A stretch of 61,334 bases of DNA from a bacterium (GCA_029006015.1 JAQXFY010000003.1:1-61334); one strand, 5' to 3'; shown: positions 8,492 to 17,186, counted from the stretch's first letter. Notes: generated by a model not told the origin, from the letters alone. Made by a program: numbers and translations.

Positions 8492-9163
8492 TTGTTAAGA
8501 ACCCTTGTAGCGGCTGAACCCTCTATAGATCCATCCTGGCTGATGCCGTTTTTCCCGCGCACCTGCTATATTATTTTGCGCATGGTGGAGCTGGAGCAGC
8601 TGATCGGCGAAGCGCTCCGCCTGCAACCCGATGTCATCGCCATTGCTTTTACAACCCAAGCCGATCAGGCCTTCGAGCAATGCCGCCTTATCAAAGAACT
8701 GTGCCCCCAGACGCGCCGTTGGGTTTTTATGCCGCCGCGCGATGAATATATCCTTCATGCCGTATCCTGCGGCGTGCAGTACTGTTATAGCCTGGATGCC
8801 GCTGCATCCGGCTGCCCTTTGCCCGCCCTGTGCATGGATGCCCCCTGTTACGAGGCGCTTTGCCGCACCCTGACTTCCGCCGCAGAGGAAACGCCTGCGC
8901 CTGAAACGCCCCCCAAGCCATCGGTCGTGCTAAGCGGTACCGAGCAGCAAATGCTGGCCTACCTGGCCCAGGGCCGTTCCCTGGACGAAATGGGCAAGGA
9001 TTTATTTTTAAGCGCGGGCACGCTGCGCAATTATTTTGGTTCGCTGCAAAAAAAGCTGGGCGTGACGGACAGGGCCCAGCTGCTGGTATGGGCGCTGCAA
9101 CATGGGCTGGTCAGCGTGCCCCCTGCCGGGGAAGCCTCCGGCCCTTCCGCCGCCGATCCATAA
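8492..9163 (+). CDS. LuxR/FixJ-type HTH regulator with a degenerate (pseudo-)receiver domain
   Basis: TTG start 9 nt after GGAGGG. The C-terminus LSGTEQQMLAYLAQGRSLDEMGKDLFLSAGTLRNYFGSLQKKLGVTDRAQLLVWA is a LuxR HTH. The N-terminal CheY-like region lacks the acidic pocket and the phospho-acceptor Asp (AAEP..., DVIAIAF). Confidence 0.8.
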   Translation: MLRTLVAAEPSIDPSWLMPFFPRTCYIILRMVELEQLIGEALRLQPDVIAIAFTTQADQAFEQCRLIKELCPQTRRWVFMPPRDEYILHAVSCGVQYCYSLDAAASGCPLPALCMDAPCYEALCRTLTSAAEETPAPETPPKPSVVLSGTEQQMLAYLAQGRSLDEMGKDLFLSAGTLRNYFGSLQKKLGVTDRAQLLVWALQHGLVSVPPAGEASGPSAADP

Positions 9164-9265
9164 AGAGGGCCCAATAAAAGCCGCCCCGCTGCATGCGCGC
9201 TTTCCGGGGCCAAAATAAAAAATCCATTTTTATAAGCGTCTGCGGTGTGATACAGCATCAAAAAA

Positions 9266-9296
9266 GCCTTCCCGGAAATCGCCATTCCGGGAAGGC
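9266..9296. terminator. Strong hairpin in the convergent gap
   Basis: GCCTTCCCGGAA-atcgcca-TTCCGGGAAGGC. The A-run before it on the plus strand gives a U-run on the minus strand. Confidence 0.65.
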
Positions 9297-9313
9297 CCGC
9301 ATGTAAAACAGCT

Positions 9314-9341
9314 TGGGGCCCCGGCATAAGCCGGGGCCCCA
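9314..9341 (-). terminator. Intrinsic terminator after lipoprotein gene 1
   Basis: TGGGGCCCCGGC-ataa-GCCGGGGCCCCA, 10 nt downstream of the stop at 9352. Confidence 0.7.
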
Positions 9342-9351
9342 GGCGCCAGCA

Positions 9352-10026
9352 TTATTCTTTTGTGGGAATATAATCAGCGTAAGCTTGATTGATTTGGGCA
9401 ACAACATCCTCCACCCTGGCATTTTGCAGGGATTGGTTCCATTCGCATGCCGAGTAGGTTTTAACATGGTTGCCGGCTATTTCAAACCAGCCCTGATCAA
9501 ATGCAGACGAGCGATAATGATCCGGAATGCCATCGTGCGGCTGGGCAAAAACAAGATAGCTTTTATTGCGCTTGACCTTGGTTTCGTACATAAATTCCTG
9601 GAAGCTGCCATCCAGATCCTCTGCGCAGCCATATTGCACCCATGTAAACTCATACCCGGGCTCAACGCTGCCCACCAGGGTTTCCTTGACGCGGGCCGGA
9701 ACGTAGGTATACAGCCGGTACACCTTATCCTCTCCCCGCTTGGCGGCATCGATTTCATCCACCGGCGGAATCTCCACGGCAACCGTCTGGGGCTTGCCCG
9801 TCATTTCCACGATGGCCACAAACTTTTTTTCATTGTATCGGGAGGCCATATCCTCAAACGACACGGTAGGAATATAATCCACACTGACCATCGCCAGGTT
9901 GGCATCATCCGGCAACGGCTGGCCATCCGCCGTCAGGATACCCCCTTTATCCGCCTGACATCCGGCAAACAAACACCCCATTAAACAAACAGCCACCAAA
10001 AAGCCCGTCCACCTGATCCGCTTCAT
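9352..10026 (-). CDS. Lipoprotein of unknown function (paralog of 52493-53155)
   Basis: Start reset to ATG 10026 (AAAGGAGG upstream). Signal peptide MKRIRWTGFLVAVCLMGCLFAGC with a lipobox. About 45% identical by eye to the 52493 protein (MTGKPQTVAV, YRLYTY, GYEFTWVQ, KRNKSYLVFAQPH, GWFEIAGN). Confidence 0.85.
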   Translation of the reverse strand: MKRIRWTGFLVAVCLMGCLFAGCQADKGGILTADGQPLPDDANLAMVSVDYIPTVSFEDMASRYNEKKFVAIVEMTGKPQTVAVEIPPVDEIDAAKRGEDKVYRLYTYVPARVKETLVGSVEPGYEFTWVQYGCAEDLDGSFQEFMYETKVKRNKSYLVFAQPHDGIPDHYRSSAFDQGWFEIAGNHVKTYSACEWNQSLQNARVEDVVAQINQAYADYIPTKE

Positions 10027-10078
10027 CAAAAATTCCTCCTTTATATCGTTATGCGCCGCAACGATGGCCGCCACCGCA

Positions 10079-10519
10079 TCAGGAAATTGTGGTTACCGCC
10101 CACGGATAGTGCCGCCCCCGGATATCGTTCGCCTTATGCAAACATGATGATACCGCGCTTTCCCATAAGGGCCTGCAAAAGCCGTCATGCCTGCCCCTGC
10201 AGCACTTGCCATGCGTTTGATCCGATGCCCGCCCTACAATTTGCTTTTGCGCAGGAATATGCATTTCTGTTTCCCTTATCAAGCCATCCCCGCCTGCAAC
10301 TTCTATTCTTAGGATAACCGGTTTTTACTTTAATGTCAACACCATACCCTTGATTTTTTCGATAATCCCCCAATATGCCAATCCGGCAAAAGCCACCGGT
10401 TATGCAAACCATTTGGATGGGGCACAAGCCGGTATTGCACGTCAACGCTACCCTCCCTGTTTGCCGCAATCCAATATAAAGCACACCCGATTTTCCCGCC
10501 TGTGTTCCGGGGCCGGCAT
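10079..10519 (-). pseudogene. Degraded small ORF, homologous to the metzincin remnant at 53192-53611
   Basis: One minus-strand frame runs from ATG 10517-10519 to TGA 10079-10081 (147 codons). It is broken by in-frame stops at 10448-10450, 10442-10444, 10400-10402 and 10325-10327. It is collinear with the other locus: MPA start, IEVAGGDGLIRETE vs IERAGIAFTIQEGE, RHDGFC vs AHELGH, and HYPW...stop vs QYPF...stop. It has the same position upstream of the paralogous lipoprotein gene. Confidence 0.45.
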
Positions 10520-10549
10520 ATCGCACCCGCTGTAAAGCCGGCCGCGCAT

Positions 10550-10587
10550 AACAAAACAAGCTGCAGGCCGATGGCCCGCAGCTTGTT
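10550..10587 (-). terminator. Intrinsic terminator after the flavin reductase-like gene
   Basis: ACAAGCTGC-(13 nt)-GCAGCTTGT, with GTTTTGTT following on the minus strand. Confidence 0.7.
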
Positions 10588-10605
10588 TGTGTACCGCCCA
10601 TTCCC

Positions 10606-11118
10606 TTAGCTGTGATAACAGGCAACAATTTTCCCATAGAACAGGGTGTGGAAATTCCCCGCGGTATAATCCTTTTCCAGAATGGATGCCTCCAGCACGC
10701 CGGCCGGATCCATCGTCTGTTTCATGACCACGCGGCATTCATAATGCAGGCCGCACTCGGCGATAACCGGGGTGGACAAGGCACGCCCGGGCGCCAGGGT
10801 AAGGCCGGCAGCCGCATATTTATCGATATCGCGGCCGGATTTTGTGCCCATGATGCCAAGCGCACGTTTTAAATCGCTTCCCGGCGCGGGCACGGATACC
10901 GTAAATTCCCCCGCTTCATTCAGCAAAGGATAGGTGTAACGGGAATAGCGCACCGGCACCACAAACAAGGGTTTGCCCCAATAATAGTTGATGCCCCCCC
11001 AACCAATGGTCATGGTATTGGGCTTATGGGGCCCGGCTGTCAAAAAGATGCCCCCCTGGCTGAGGCACTGGCTGGTATAGGCGATATCGGACAAGTAATC
11101 CACATTTCCGGCCATCAT
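10606..11118 (-). CDS. Flavin reductase-like (FMN-binding split-barrel) domain protein
   Basis: 170 aa. GGIFLTAGPHKPNTMTIGWGGINYYWGKPLFVVPVRYSRYTYPLL is typical of the flavin reductase-like domain family. SD is AAGGGGGA. Confidence 0.78.
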   Translation of the reverse strand: MMAGNVDYLSDIAYTSQCLSQGGIFLTAGPHKPNTMTIGWGGINYYWGKPLFVVPVRYSRYTYPLLNEAGEFTVSVPAPGSDLKRALGIMGTKSGRDIDKYAAAGLTLAPGRALSTPVIAECGLHYECRVVMKQTMDPAGVLEASILEKDYTAGNFHTLFYGKIVACYHS

Positions 11119-11220
11119 GTTTCCCCCTTTGGCAACTTTGTTTTAACCTATTATACGGCACCCGGCTTCATTCATCAATCGCGCTCAGCAGGGACAAGGC
11201 TCCGCACACCCTTCCCGCTT

Positions 11221-11697
11221 TTATCCGATCCACTTTTCAAATGTAACCCTTCTGCGCAGCACGCCGTCCGCCGTTGTGCAATGGCCATATTCGATAATAT
11301 CAAACCCGCAGCTGCGGTACAGCCCGCGTGCAGGCAGGTTATCCTGTGTGGTATGCATGCGCAGTTTTTGAAAGCCGCGCGACCATGCAAATTTCTGCGC
11401 AAAATCAACGGCAAACGTGCCAACGCCCATGCGCTGTGCATCCGGGCTGACCACCAGCATGGCAATCCAGGCCACATCCAAATTCAAAAGCCCGTTAAGG
11501 CGCATCCAGGCTACGGGCACCTCATCCCGAAGGATGATAAAATTCTGCTCATCGGGATCTTTAGCAGATAAAAGCTTGCGCCATTTTGGCAGGGTGATTG
11601 AGCTTCCATACAGCGCCTGCATATTTTTCTTATAAATGCCGCTGATAAACCCCGCGTCATCGGGGGTGGCGGGAGCGGCCCGCATGTTGGACGGCAT
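11221..11697 (-). CDS. GNAT-family N-acetyltransferase
   Basis: 158 aa. Acetyl-CoA binding region VVSPDAQRMGVGTFAVDFAQKFAWSRGFQKLRMHTTQDNLPARGLYRSCGF. Confidence 0.85.
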   Translation of the reverse strand: MPSNMRAAPATPDDAGFISGIYKKNMQALYGSSITLPKWRKLLSAKDPDEQNFIILRDEVPVAWMRLNGLLNLDVAWIAMLVVSPDAQRMGVGTFAVDFAQKFAWSRGFQKLRMHTTQDNLPARGLYRSCGFDIIEYGHCTTADGVLRRRVTFEKWIG

Positions 11698-11871
11698 GTT
11701 AATCCCCCTCGTCGTCGCCCTTATTGAATATTCATCCGGGCCAAACTATTTTTCCTTAACCAGTATTGTTTATTTTATCATATGCCATACCACCGGTAAA
11801 GCCTTTTCCAGGCGGCATTTTCGCCCGTTTATCCGCAGCATGCGCACAGCCGCCCGCGGGGCCGTTTAGCA

Positions 11872-11903
11872 TAAAAAAGGGCACGGCCCATGTCCGTGCC
11901 CTT
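11872..11903 (-). terminator. Intrinsic terminator after the DUF378 gene
   Basis: AAGGGCACGG-(7 nt)-CCGTGCCCTT, followed by TTTTTT on the minus strand. Confidence 0.8.
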
Positions 11904-11932
11904 GCCCGATGCCACGCCGGCAGAAAATCCTG

Positions 11933-12139
11933 CTATGCCCGATCCTGTGCGGGATGCCAGCGCCGGAACAGCAAGCCCAGGCTCCACAGCCCGGCCAGGC
12001 CCACCAGCCCATAGATAATACGCGAAACAATAGCGCCCGATCCGCCGAATATCCAGGCAACAAAATCAAATTGAAACGCGCCTACCAATAGCCAGTTGAG
12101 CGCACCGATTATCACCAGCGCCAAACAAAAGCGATCCAT
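11933..12139 (-). CDS. DUF378-family small membrane protein
   Basis: 68 aa. ALVIIGALNWLLVGAFQFDFVAWIFGG is the hallmark DUF378 motif. SD is AAAGGAGG. Confidence 0.85.
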   Translation of the reverse strand: MDRFCLALVIIGALNWLLVGAFQFDFVAWIFGGSGAIVSRIIYGLVGLAGLWSLGLLFRRWHPAQDRA

Positions 12140-12195
12140 GTGCAGTCCTCCTTTCGCATGGCACCAGTTTGCCCGAAAGGGTTGGCTTTCATGCG

Positions 12196-12471
12196 TCAGG
12201 CATCATCTTTTCCGCTTCTGTCGATAATGGCCTGCACTTCCAGGCGGTCAAAGGGCACGCTTTCAATAAATAAATCCGCATTAAAATGTGCAAAGCGGAA
12301 GGTTTCCCAATCTTTTTTATGGAGGCTGAGCACCATGGGCTGGGCAATGCGCAGCGCCTCGCACCCTTTTTTGACAATTTCTTCCAGTTCCTGGCTGTCG
12401 GGCACTTCGAGGATAACATTGCGGCCCATCTTTTGTTTCTTTTTTTCAAATACCCATACGCGCACACGCAC
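12196..12471 (-). CDS. Hypothetical small cytoplasmic protein (about 77-91 aa; start uncertain)
   Basis: Open frame with genome-typical codon usage, co-directional with the DUF378 gene. GTG starts follow a GGGGG run. I recognise no family. Confidence 0.5.
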   Translation of the reverse strand: MRVRVWVFEKKKQKMGRNVILEVPDSQELEEIVKKGCEALRIAQPMVLSLHKKDWETFRFAHFNADLFIESVPFDRLEVQAIIDRSGKDDA

Positions 12472-12654
12472 GCCCCCTTTTTATGTATTATAGCATGCCC
12501 CGCCCGGCGCCAAAAGCCACGCCGCCTTTTCCCTGCCCTTAAATTACTTTGGGGATAAAGCTTTCCACGCGCCTTATGCCGCCAAGCCTGCCGCCTGCAA
12601 ACAATAAAATAGGTTTTGCAGCTTGCGCCAGGCGGTTCCAGCACAAAACGGCCA

Positions 12655-12683
12655 TTGAAGAAAAGCCCAAAATAACGTACAAT
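12655..12683 (+). promoter_or_regulatory. Sigma-A-like promoter of the thuA-like operon
   Basis: TTGAAG (12655-12660), 17 nt spacer, TACAAT (12678-12683), about 95 nt upstream of ATG 12781. Confidence 0.55.
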
Positions 12684-12780
12684 GGCAGCAGCCAATGGAA
12701 AAGCTGCCGGAGGGCGGTTATCCGAAAGGGGCAAGCGTGCATACCCCACCCACATCATGTAAAAGCAGGAGGGAAAAGCA

Positions 12781-13443
12781 ATGGGAAAGGCCTTAATTGT
12801 ACAGGGCGGATGGCCCGGGCACGATCCGGTGCGCGTTGCTGCGCTTTACGCCAGTTTTTTTGAGGAAATCGGGTTTGATGTAACGGTTTCCGATACGCAG
12901 GATTCCTTTGCCGATGCGCAGGCGTTAAAGGCGCTGGATGTCATCGTGCCGATCTGGACGATGGGCACCATTGAACCCCAGCTGCGCAAAAACATCAGCG
13001 ATGCCGTCATCTCCGGCGTTGGATTGTCCGGCTGCCACGGCGGCATGTGCGATGCCTTCCGCAACGATGTGGACTGGCAGTTTATGACCGGTGCCAACTG
13101 GGTGGCGCACCCCGGAAACGATACCCAAACCTACCGCGTGGAATTTTTAAAAGCCGGCGATTCGCCCATCATCGAGGGGCTGGAGGATTTTGAGGTAACC
13201 ACGGAGCAATATTACCTGCATTGCGATCCCGTCAACCATGTGCTGGCCACCACGCGCTTTCCCACCTTCGATGGCCCGCACGCCGCCAACGGCCCGGTCG
13301 ATATGCCGGTAGCCTGGACGCGCCGCTGGGGCAAGGGGCGCATTTTCTATTGCTCGCTGGGCCATCAGGTTACTTCCTTTGATAACCCCAATGCGCGGGA
13401 ATTGCTTCGCCGGGGCAGCCTGTGGGCCGCCCGTCAGCTGTAA
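12781..13443 (+). CDS. ThuA-domain protein (trehalose-utilisation-like, class I glutamine amidotransferase-like fold)
   Basis: 220 aa. ALIVQGGWPGHDP..., GLSGCHGG, FMTGANWVAHPG, RIFYCSLGH. SD is AGGAGGG. Confidence 0.8.
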   Translation: MGKALIVQGGWPGHDPVRVAALYASFFEEIGFDVTVSDTQDSFADAQALKALDVIVPIWTMGTIEPQLRKNISDAVISGVGLSGCHGGMCDAFRNDVDWQFMTGANWVAHPGNDTQTYRVEFLKAGDSPIIEGLEDFEVTTEQYYLHCDPVNHVLATTRFPTFDGPHAANGPVDMPVAWTRRWGKGRIFYCSLGHQVTSFDNPNARELLRRGSLWAARQL

Positions 13444-13455
13444 GGGGGTAAACAC

Positions 13456-14535
13456 ATGAAACCTATGGTAGTTGGCGTTGTCGGCTGCGGCAACATATCG
13501 GCCATTTATCTTAAAAATATGACGACGGTTTTCTCCCCCTGGCTGACCGTTAAGGGCGGATCGGATCTGATTGCCGAACGCTCGGCCAACCGTGCCCGGG
13601 AATTTGGCTTTAAGCAAATGACCAATGACGAGCTTTTTTCCGATCCGGAAATCGAGCTGGTTGTCAACTTAACCAACCCGCAATCCCACTACGAGGTCTG
13701 CCGCCTGGCGCTTGAAAACGGCAAACACGTCTATGTGGAAAAGCCCTTATCCGTGGAGCTTGAGCAGGGCCGCGCCCTGCAAAAGCTGGCGCAGCAAAAA
13801 GGCCTGATGCTGGGCGGCGCGCCGGATACCTTCCTGGGCGCCGGTCTGCAAACCTGCCGCAAGATCATCGATGACGGCCTGATCGGCACACCCATCGCTG
13901 CCACCGCGGCGATGACCTGCCACGGCCATGAAAGCTGGCACCCGGATCCGGAATTTTATTACAAAATCGGCGGCGGCCCGATGTTTGATATGGGGCCCTA
14001 TTACATCACGGCGCTGTGCAGCCTGATCGGCCCTGTCAAAAAGGTTTCCGGCATGACGCGCATCACCTTCCCCACGCGCACCATCACCTCCCAGCCCAAA
14101 TCGGGCCAGATCATCGATGTGGAGGTTCCCACGCATGTCCAGGGCCTGCTGCAATTTGAAAACGGCGCCCTGGCCACGCTGATCACTTCGTTTGACGTAT
14201 GGGGCGCGCACCTGCCCAACATCGAAATTTACGGCACGCTGGGCACCCTTCGCGTGCCCGATCCCAACAACTTTGATGGGGAGCCGCTGCTTAAAGTAGG
14301 CACGGGCGATTGGCAGGCCATGCCGCTGACGCACGAATACAGCCAAAACAGCCGCGGCCTTGGTGTGCGCGAGATGGCCATCGCCGCGCGGGAGGGCCGC
14401 CTGGCCAGAAACGACGGCCAGCTGACCGGCCATGTGCTGGAGGTTATGCACGCCATCCATACCGCCGCGCGCGAAGGGCGCGAGGTGGCCATTACCCCCT
14501 GCACCCGGCCCGAGGCCCTGCCGCCCAAGGCCTGA
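13456..14535 (+). CDS. Gfo/Idh/MocA-family NAD(P)-dependent oxidoreductase (ThuB-like partner)
   Basis: N-terminal Rossmann motif VGVVGCGNISAIYL and EKPL motif. It lies 12 nt after the ThuA-like gene. Confidence 0.88.
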   Translation: MKPMVVGVVGCGNISAIYLKNMTTVFSPWLTVKGGSDLIAERSANRAREFGFKQMTNDELFSDPEIELVVNLTNPQSHYEVCRLALENGKHVYVEKPLSVELEQGRALQKLAQQKGLMLGGAPDTFLGAGLQTCRKIIDDGLIGTPIAATAAMTCHGHESWHPDPEFYYKIGGGPMFDMGPYYITALCSLIGPVKKVSGMTRITFPTRTITSQPKSGQIIDVEVPTHVQGLLQFENGALATLITSFDVWGAHLPNIEIYGTLGTLRVPDPNNFDGEPLLKVGTGDWQAMPLTHEYSQNSRGLGVREMAIAAREGRLARNDGQLTGHVLEVMHAIHTAAREGREVAITPCTRPEALPPKA

Positions 14536-14566
14536 TATCATTTTATCTACAAAGGAGGCTTCCCCG

Positions 14567-15862
14567 ATGTGGGAGAGGATTCCCTGCACAATGGATACCA
14601 CCGCGCCGGGCGCGTGGGACGGGCTGTTTTGCCTGGCCGACCTGTCCTGTGGGGTACCCGACAGCCTGATGGCGCTATATGAAGGGCGTGTGCAGATGGT
14701 GTACCTAGACCCCCCTTATGGAACGGGGCAGTCTTTCCAATTCCGCCAGCGCGTCGGTGCGGATGGCTGGAATGGCGCCAGGGAATTTCAATTTTCCTAT
14801 CCGCTGTATCAGGATAAATGGGACAGTGCCGAGGCTTATCTGGCCTTTCTGCGCCCCGCGTTGGAGGCTGCGCGCCAGCTTTTATCGGACCAGGGCTGCA
14901 TCTATGTGCATGTGGATTGGCGCATGTGCGCACGGGTGCGCCTGCTGCTGGATGAAATCTTTGGCGCGGATAATTTCCTGAACGAAATCATCTGGCATTA
15001 TAATACCGGCGGGCGCAGCCGCACCCATTATGCGCGCAAGCACGATAACATCCTTTTCTACCGCAAAACGCGCCGCCATTATTTTAACCCCGAAGGGGCC
15101 GGCGTGCCGCGCGGCATGGACAGGCGCAACCACATGCGCCGGGATGTCGATGAAAACGGCCGCGTCTATTTTTCCATCCGCACGGCGGGCAAGGTTTACC
15201 GCTATTATGCGGACGAGCTGATGTATCTGGATGATGTGTGGGAGGATATTGCCAACCTGCAGCAAAAAGATCCGGAACGCACGGGATATGATACCCAAAA
15301 GCCCGAAGCCCTTTTATCGCGTATGATTCGCTCTTCCACCCGGCCGGGCGATCTGGTATGCGATCTGTTTGCCGGCTCCGGCACGGCAGCCACGACAGCC
15401 CATAAGCTGGGGCGCAAATTCCTGGCCATCGATCGAAGCCCGATGTCCCTGCAGGTGGTGCGAAACCGCCTTTTGGCATCCGACGTCCAATGTGTGATGG
15501 CCGGCCGGTACCGTCAGGAGGATGGCGCGCCGCTGTGCCGGGAGGGCGCCTGCATCAAGGCCGATGCCGTACATGCCAAGGGCGATATCTGGACGGTAAC
15601 CCTGGATGATTATGTGCTGCCCGATGCCCCCAATGTTCCCCCGCCGCGCACCATCAGCCTGCTGCCCGATCTGCCCATGGTAGCCTACTGGGCGATCGGC
15701 CGGTTGGAAAATGGGGTATTCACCGCCTATGATTACGCCATCCGCACCCGGCATACGCCCGATCTGATGCTGACGCTGCAAATGCGCGGCAGCCCGGTGG
15801 CGCCCGATGTGCTGGTGGCCGATGTAACGGGGCGGCAAACGGTCTACCGCCTGAATGATTGA
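14567..15862 (+). CDS. Orphan DNA methyltransferase, beta-class N6-adenine/N4-cytosine (N6_N4_Mtase family) with a C-terminal extension of about 130 aa
   Basis: Start reset to ATG 14567 (AAAGGAGG at 14551-14558). Motif IV is VYLDPPYGTG near the N-terminus. The TQKPEAL and DLFAGSGTAATTAHKLGRKFLAIDRS (motif I) elements are late, which is the beta-class order. No restriction endonuclease gene is adjacent. Confidence 0.88.
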   Translation: MWERIPCTMDTTAPGAWDGLFCLADLSCGVPDSLMALYEGRVQMVYLDPPYGTGQSFQFRQRVGADGWNGAREFQFSYPLYQDKWDSAEAYLAFLRPALEAARQLLSDQGCIYVHVDWRMCARVRLLLDEIFGADNFLNEIIWHYNTGGRSRTHYARKHDNILFYRKTRRHYFNPEGAGVPRGMDRRNHMRRDVDENGRVYFSIRTAGKVYRYYADELMYLDDVWEDIANLQQKDPERTGYDTQKPEALLSRMIRSSTRPGDLVCDLFAGSGTAATTAHKLGRKFLAIDRSPMSLQVVRNRLLASDVQCVMAGRYRQEDGAPLCREGACIKADAVHAKGDIWTVTLDDYVLPDAPNVPPPRTISLLPDLPMVAYWAIGRLENGVFTAYDYAIRTRHTPDLMLTLQMRGSPVAPDVLVADVTGRQTVYRLND

Positions 15863-15880
15863 CCCGGAAGGGAGATTGCC

Positions 15881-16906
15881 ATGAAACATCTACGCGCAAC
15901 GCTGGTTTTATCCGTTGTATTGGCCATGCTGCTAACCGCCTGCGGCAAGCCCGCGTCAAGCCCAACACCCGATGCCGGCGCCACGCCGCCACCCCAATCC
16001 ACGCCCATTGCGACGCCGGATTTCACCCCTGGCACCGGGGCCACCCCCGATAACGCGGCTACGCCCACGCCCGATGCGCAGGCAACGCCCGAAATCACGC
16101 CTACACCTACTGCCACCCCCACCCCCGCCGGGCCGGAGCAAAGCCCGCGGCCGGCCAAGGTAACCGTGGCGGTGGGTTCCACCCTCAACCTGCGTGCGGG
16201 GGCCGATACCACGGCCGAAATATTGGCGCGCCTGGCTGCAGGCACAATGGTGACCGTGCTGGAATCCAACACACCCGCGGGCTGGCATAAGATTAAGACC
16301 GACAGCGGCAAGGTAGGCTATTGCGCGGCACAATACATTACATTTATCGATCCCGCCGCAACGCCCACCGCACCCGCCACGGGCAAAACCATCAAACAGG
16401 TGCTGCAAAGCTACGGTACCGGCGATGCCGGCGTAATGGAGGGCTATCCCCAATCCGTTACCCTAACGCAAATGGGCGCGGTGCATATCACCCCGCTGAC
16501 GGTACCTGCCGATGGCAGCATCGACGGCGTGTGCATCCGATTGTTTCTGGCCGATGCCGCCGGCAACATCAAGCTGGAGCTGACGGCCAAGGCCCTGGCC
16601 ACGGCGCTGCTTTCCATCTATGATGTTACCTACCGCGTTACCGATGCCAATGGCGATGGCAAAAGCGATATTCTGCTGATTGTTCAGGGCGATGACCGGC
16701 CCGGCCATACCACCTCAAGCTGCGCGGTTTTCTTTGGCAGCGGCTCCGGCTTTGCAGCCACGGATGATGGTTACAACACCCGCATGGCAGGCAGCTTTAT
16801 CAGCAAGCCCATTACCGATCCCAACGGGTTGACGGTGGGCTATACCCAGATGGGCTTTGACGATATGATCAGCTACATCCAGGCCCATGCACCCACGCTT
16901 AATTGA
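15881..16906 (+). CDS. Lipoprotein with a Pro/Thr-rich linker, SH3b-like domain and FG-GAP/VCBS-like C-terminal part
   Basis: Signal peptide MKHLRATLVLSVVLAMLLTAC. STLNLRAGADTTAEILARLAAGTMVTVLE...WHKIKTDSGKVGYCAAQYI is SH3b-like. DANGDGKSDILLIV is a calcium-binding-like loop. Confidence 0.8.
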   Translation: MKHLRATLVLSVVLAMLLTACGKPASSPTPDAGATPPPQSTPIATPDFTPGTGATPDNAATPTPDAQATPEITPTPTATPTPAGPEQSPRPAKVTVAVGSTLNLRAGADTTAEILARLAAGTMVTVLESNTPAGWHKIKTDSGKVGYCAAQYITFIDPAATPTAPATGKTIKQVLQSYGTGDAGVMEGYPQSVTLTQMGAVHITPLTVPADGSIDGVCIRLFLADAAGNIKLELTAKALATALLSIYDVTYRVTDANGDGKSDILLIVQGDDRPGHTTSSCAVFFGSGSGFAATDDGYNTRMAGSFISKPITDPNGLTVGYTQMGFDDMISYIQAHAPTLN

Positions 16907-16978
16907 TGGTTTATGCCGGATAAAAAGGGCCCGGCCCGGCTGCGGCCATGGCTTTACCAAGTGGCCCAACAATACGGC

Positions 16979-17013
16979 AAAAGCGGGATTGGCTGCACCA
17001 ATCCCGCTTTTTT
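16979..17013. terminator. Bidirectional intrinsic terminator
   Basis: AAAA-AGCGGGATTGG-ctgca-CCAATCCCGCT-TTTTT, between the convergent 15881 and rsfS genes. Confidence 0.85.
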
Positions 17014-17186
17014 ATAGATGCGTTAAAAAACTTTCCCCCATGGAAGCCTGCAGGCCTTGCCCCTTAAAGCAAAGGGATGGCAAAACATGGAGGATTCCCA
17101 ATCCGCCTCAAAAAGCATCGCCTGCCATGCTGCATTTACCAAAGGCATCCAGCAGCGGCAATGCGCCCCAGAGGCGGCGTTTGGGT

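Noticed and set aside
10306-10334. TTGACA-17-TATCCT promoter-like site (minus strand) and a possible riboswitch in the long leader of lipoprotein gene 1
   Set aside because: The region is better explained as the degraded homolog of the metzincin gene. I recognised no riboswitch core motif. The promoter-like hexamers may still be used, but I cannot support that.
15950-16140. Repetitive ACGCC/CCCAC-rich DNA (also at 35830-36010, 49640-49760 and 60700-61000) that could superficially resemble repeat arrays
   Set aside because: These are in-frame Pro/Thr-rich linker regions of lipoproteins and cell-wall proteins. They are irregular, have no spacer-repeat periodicity, and are not CRISPR arrays.
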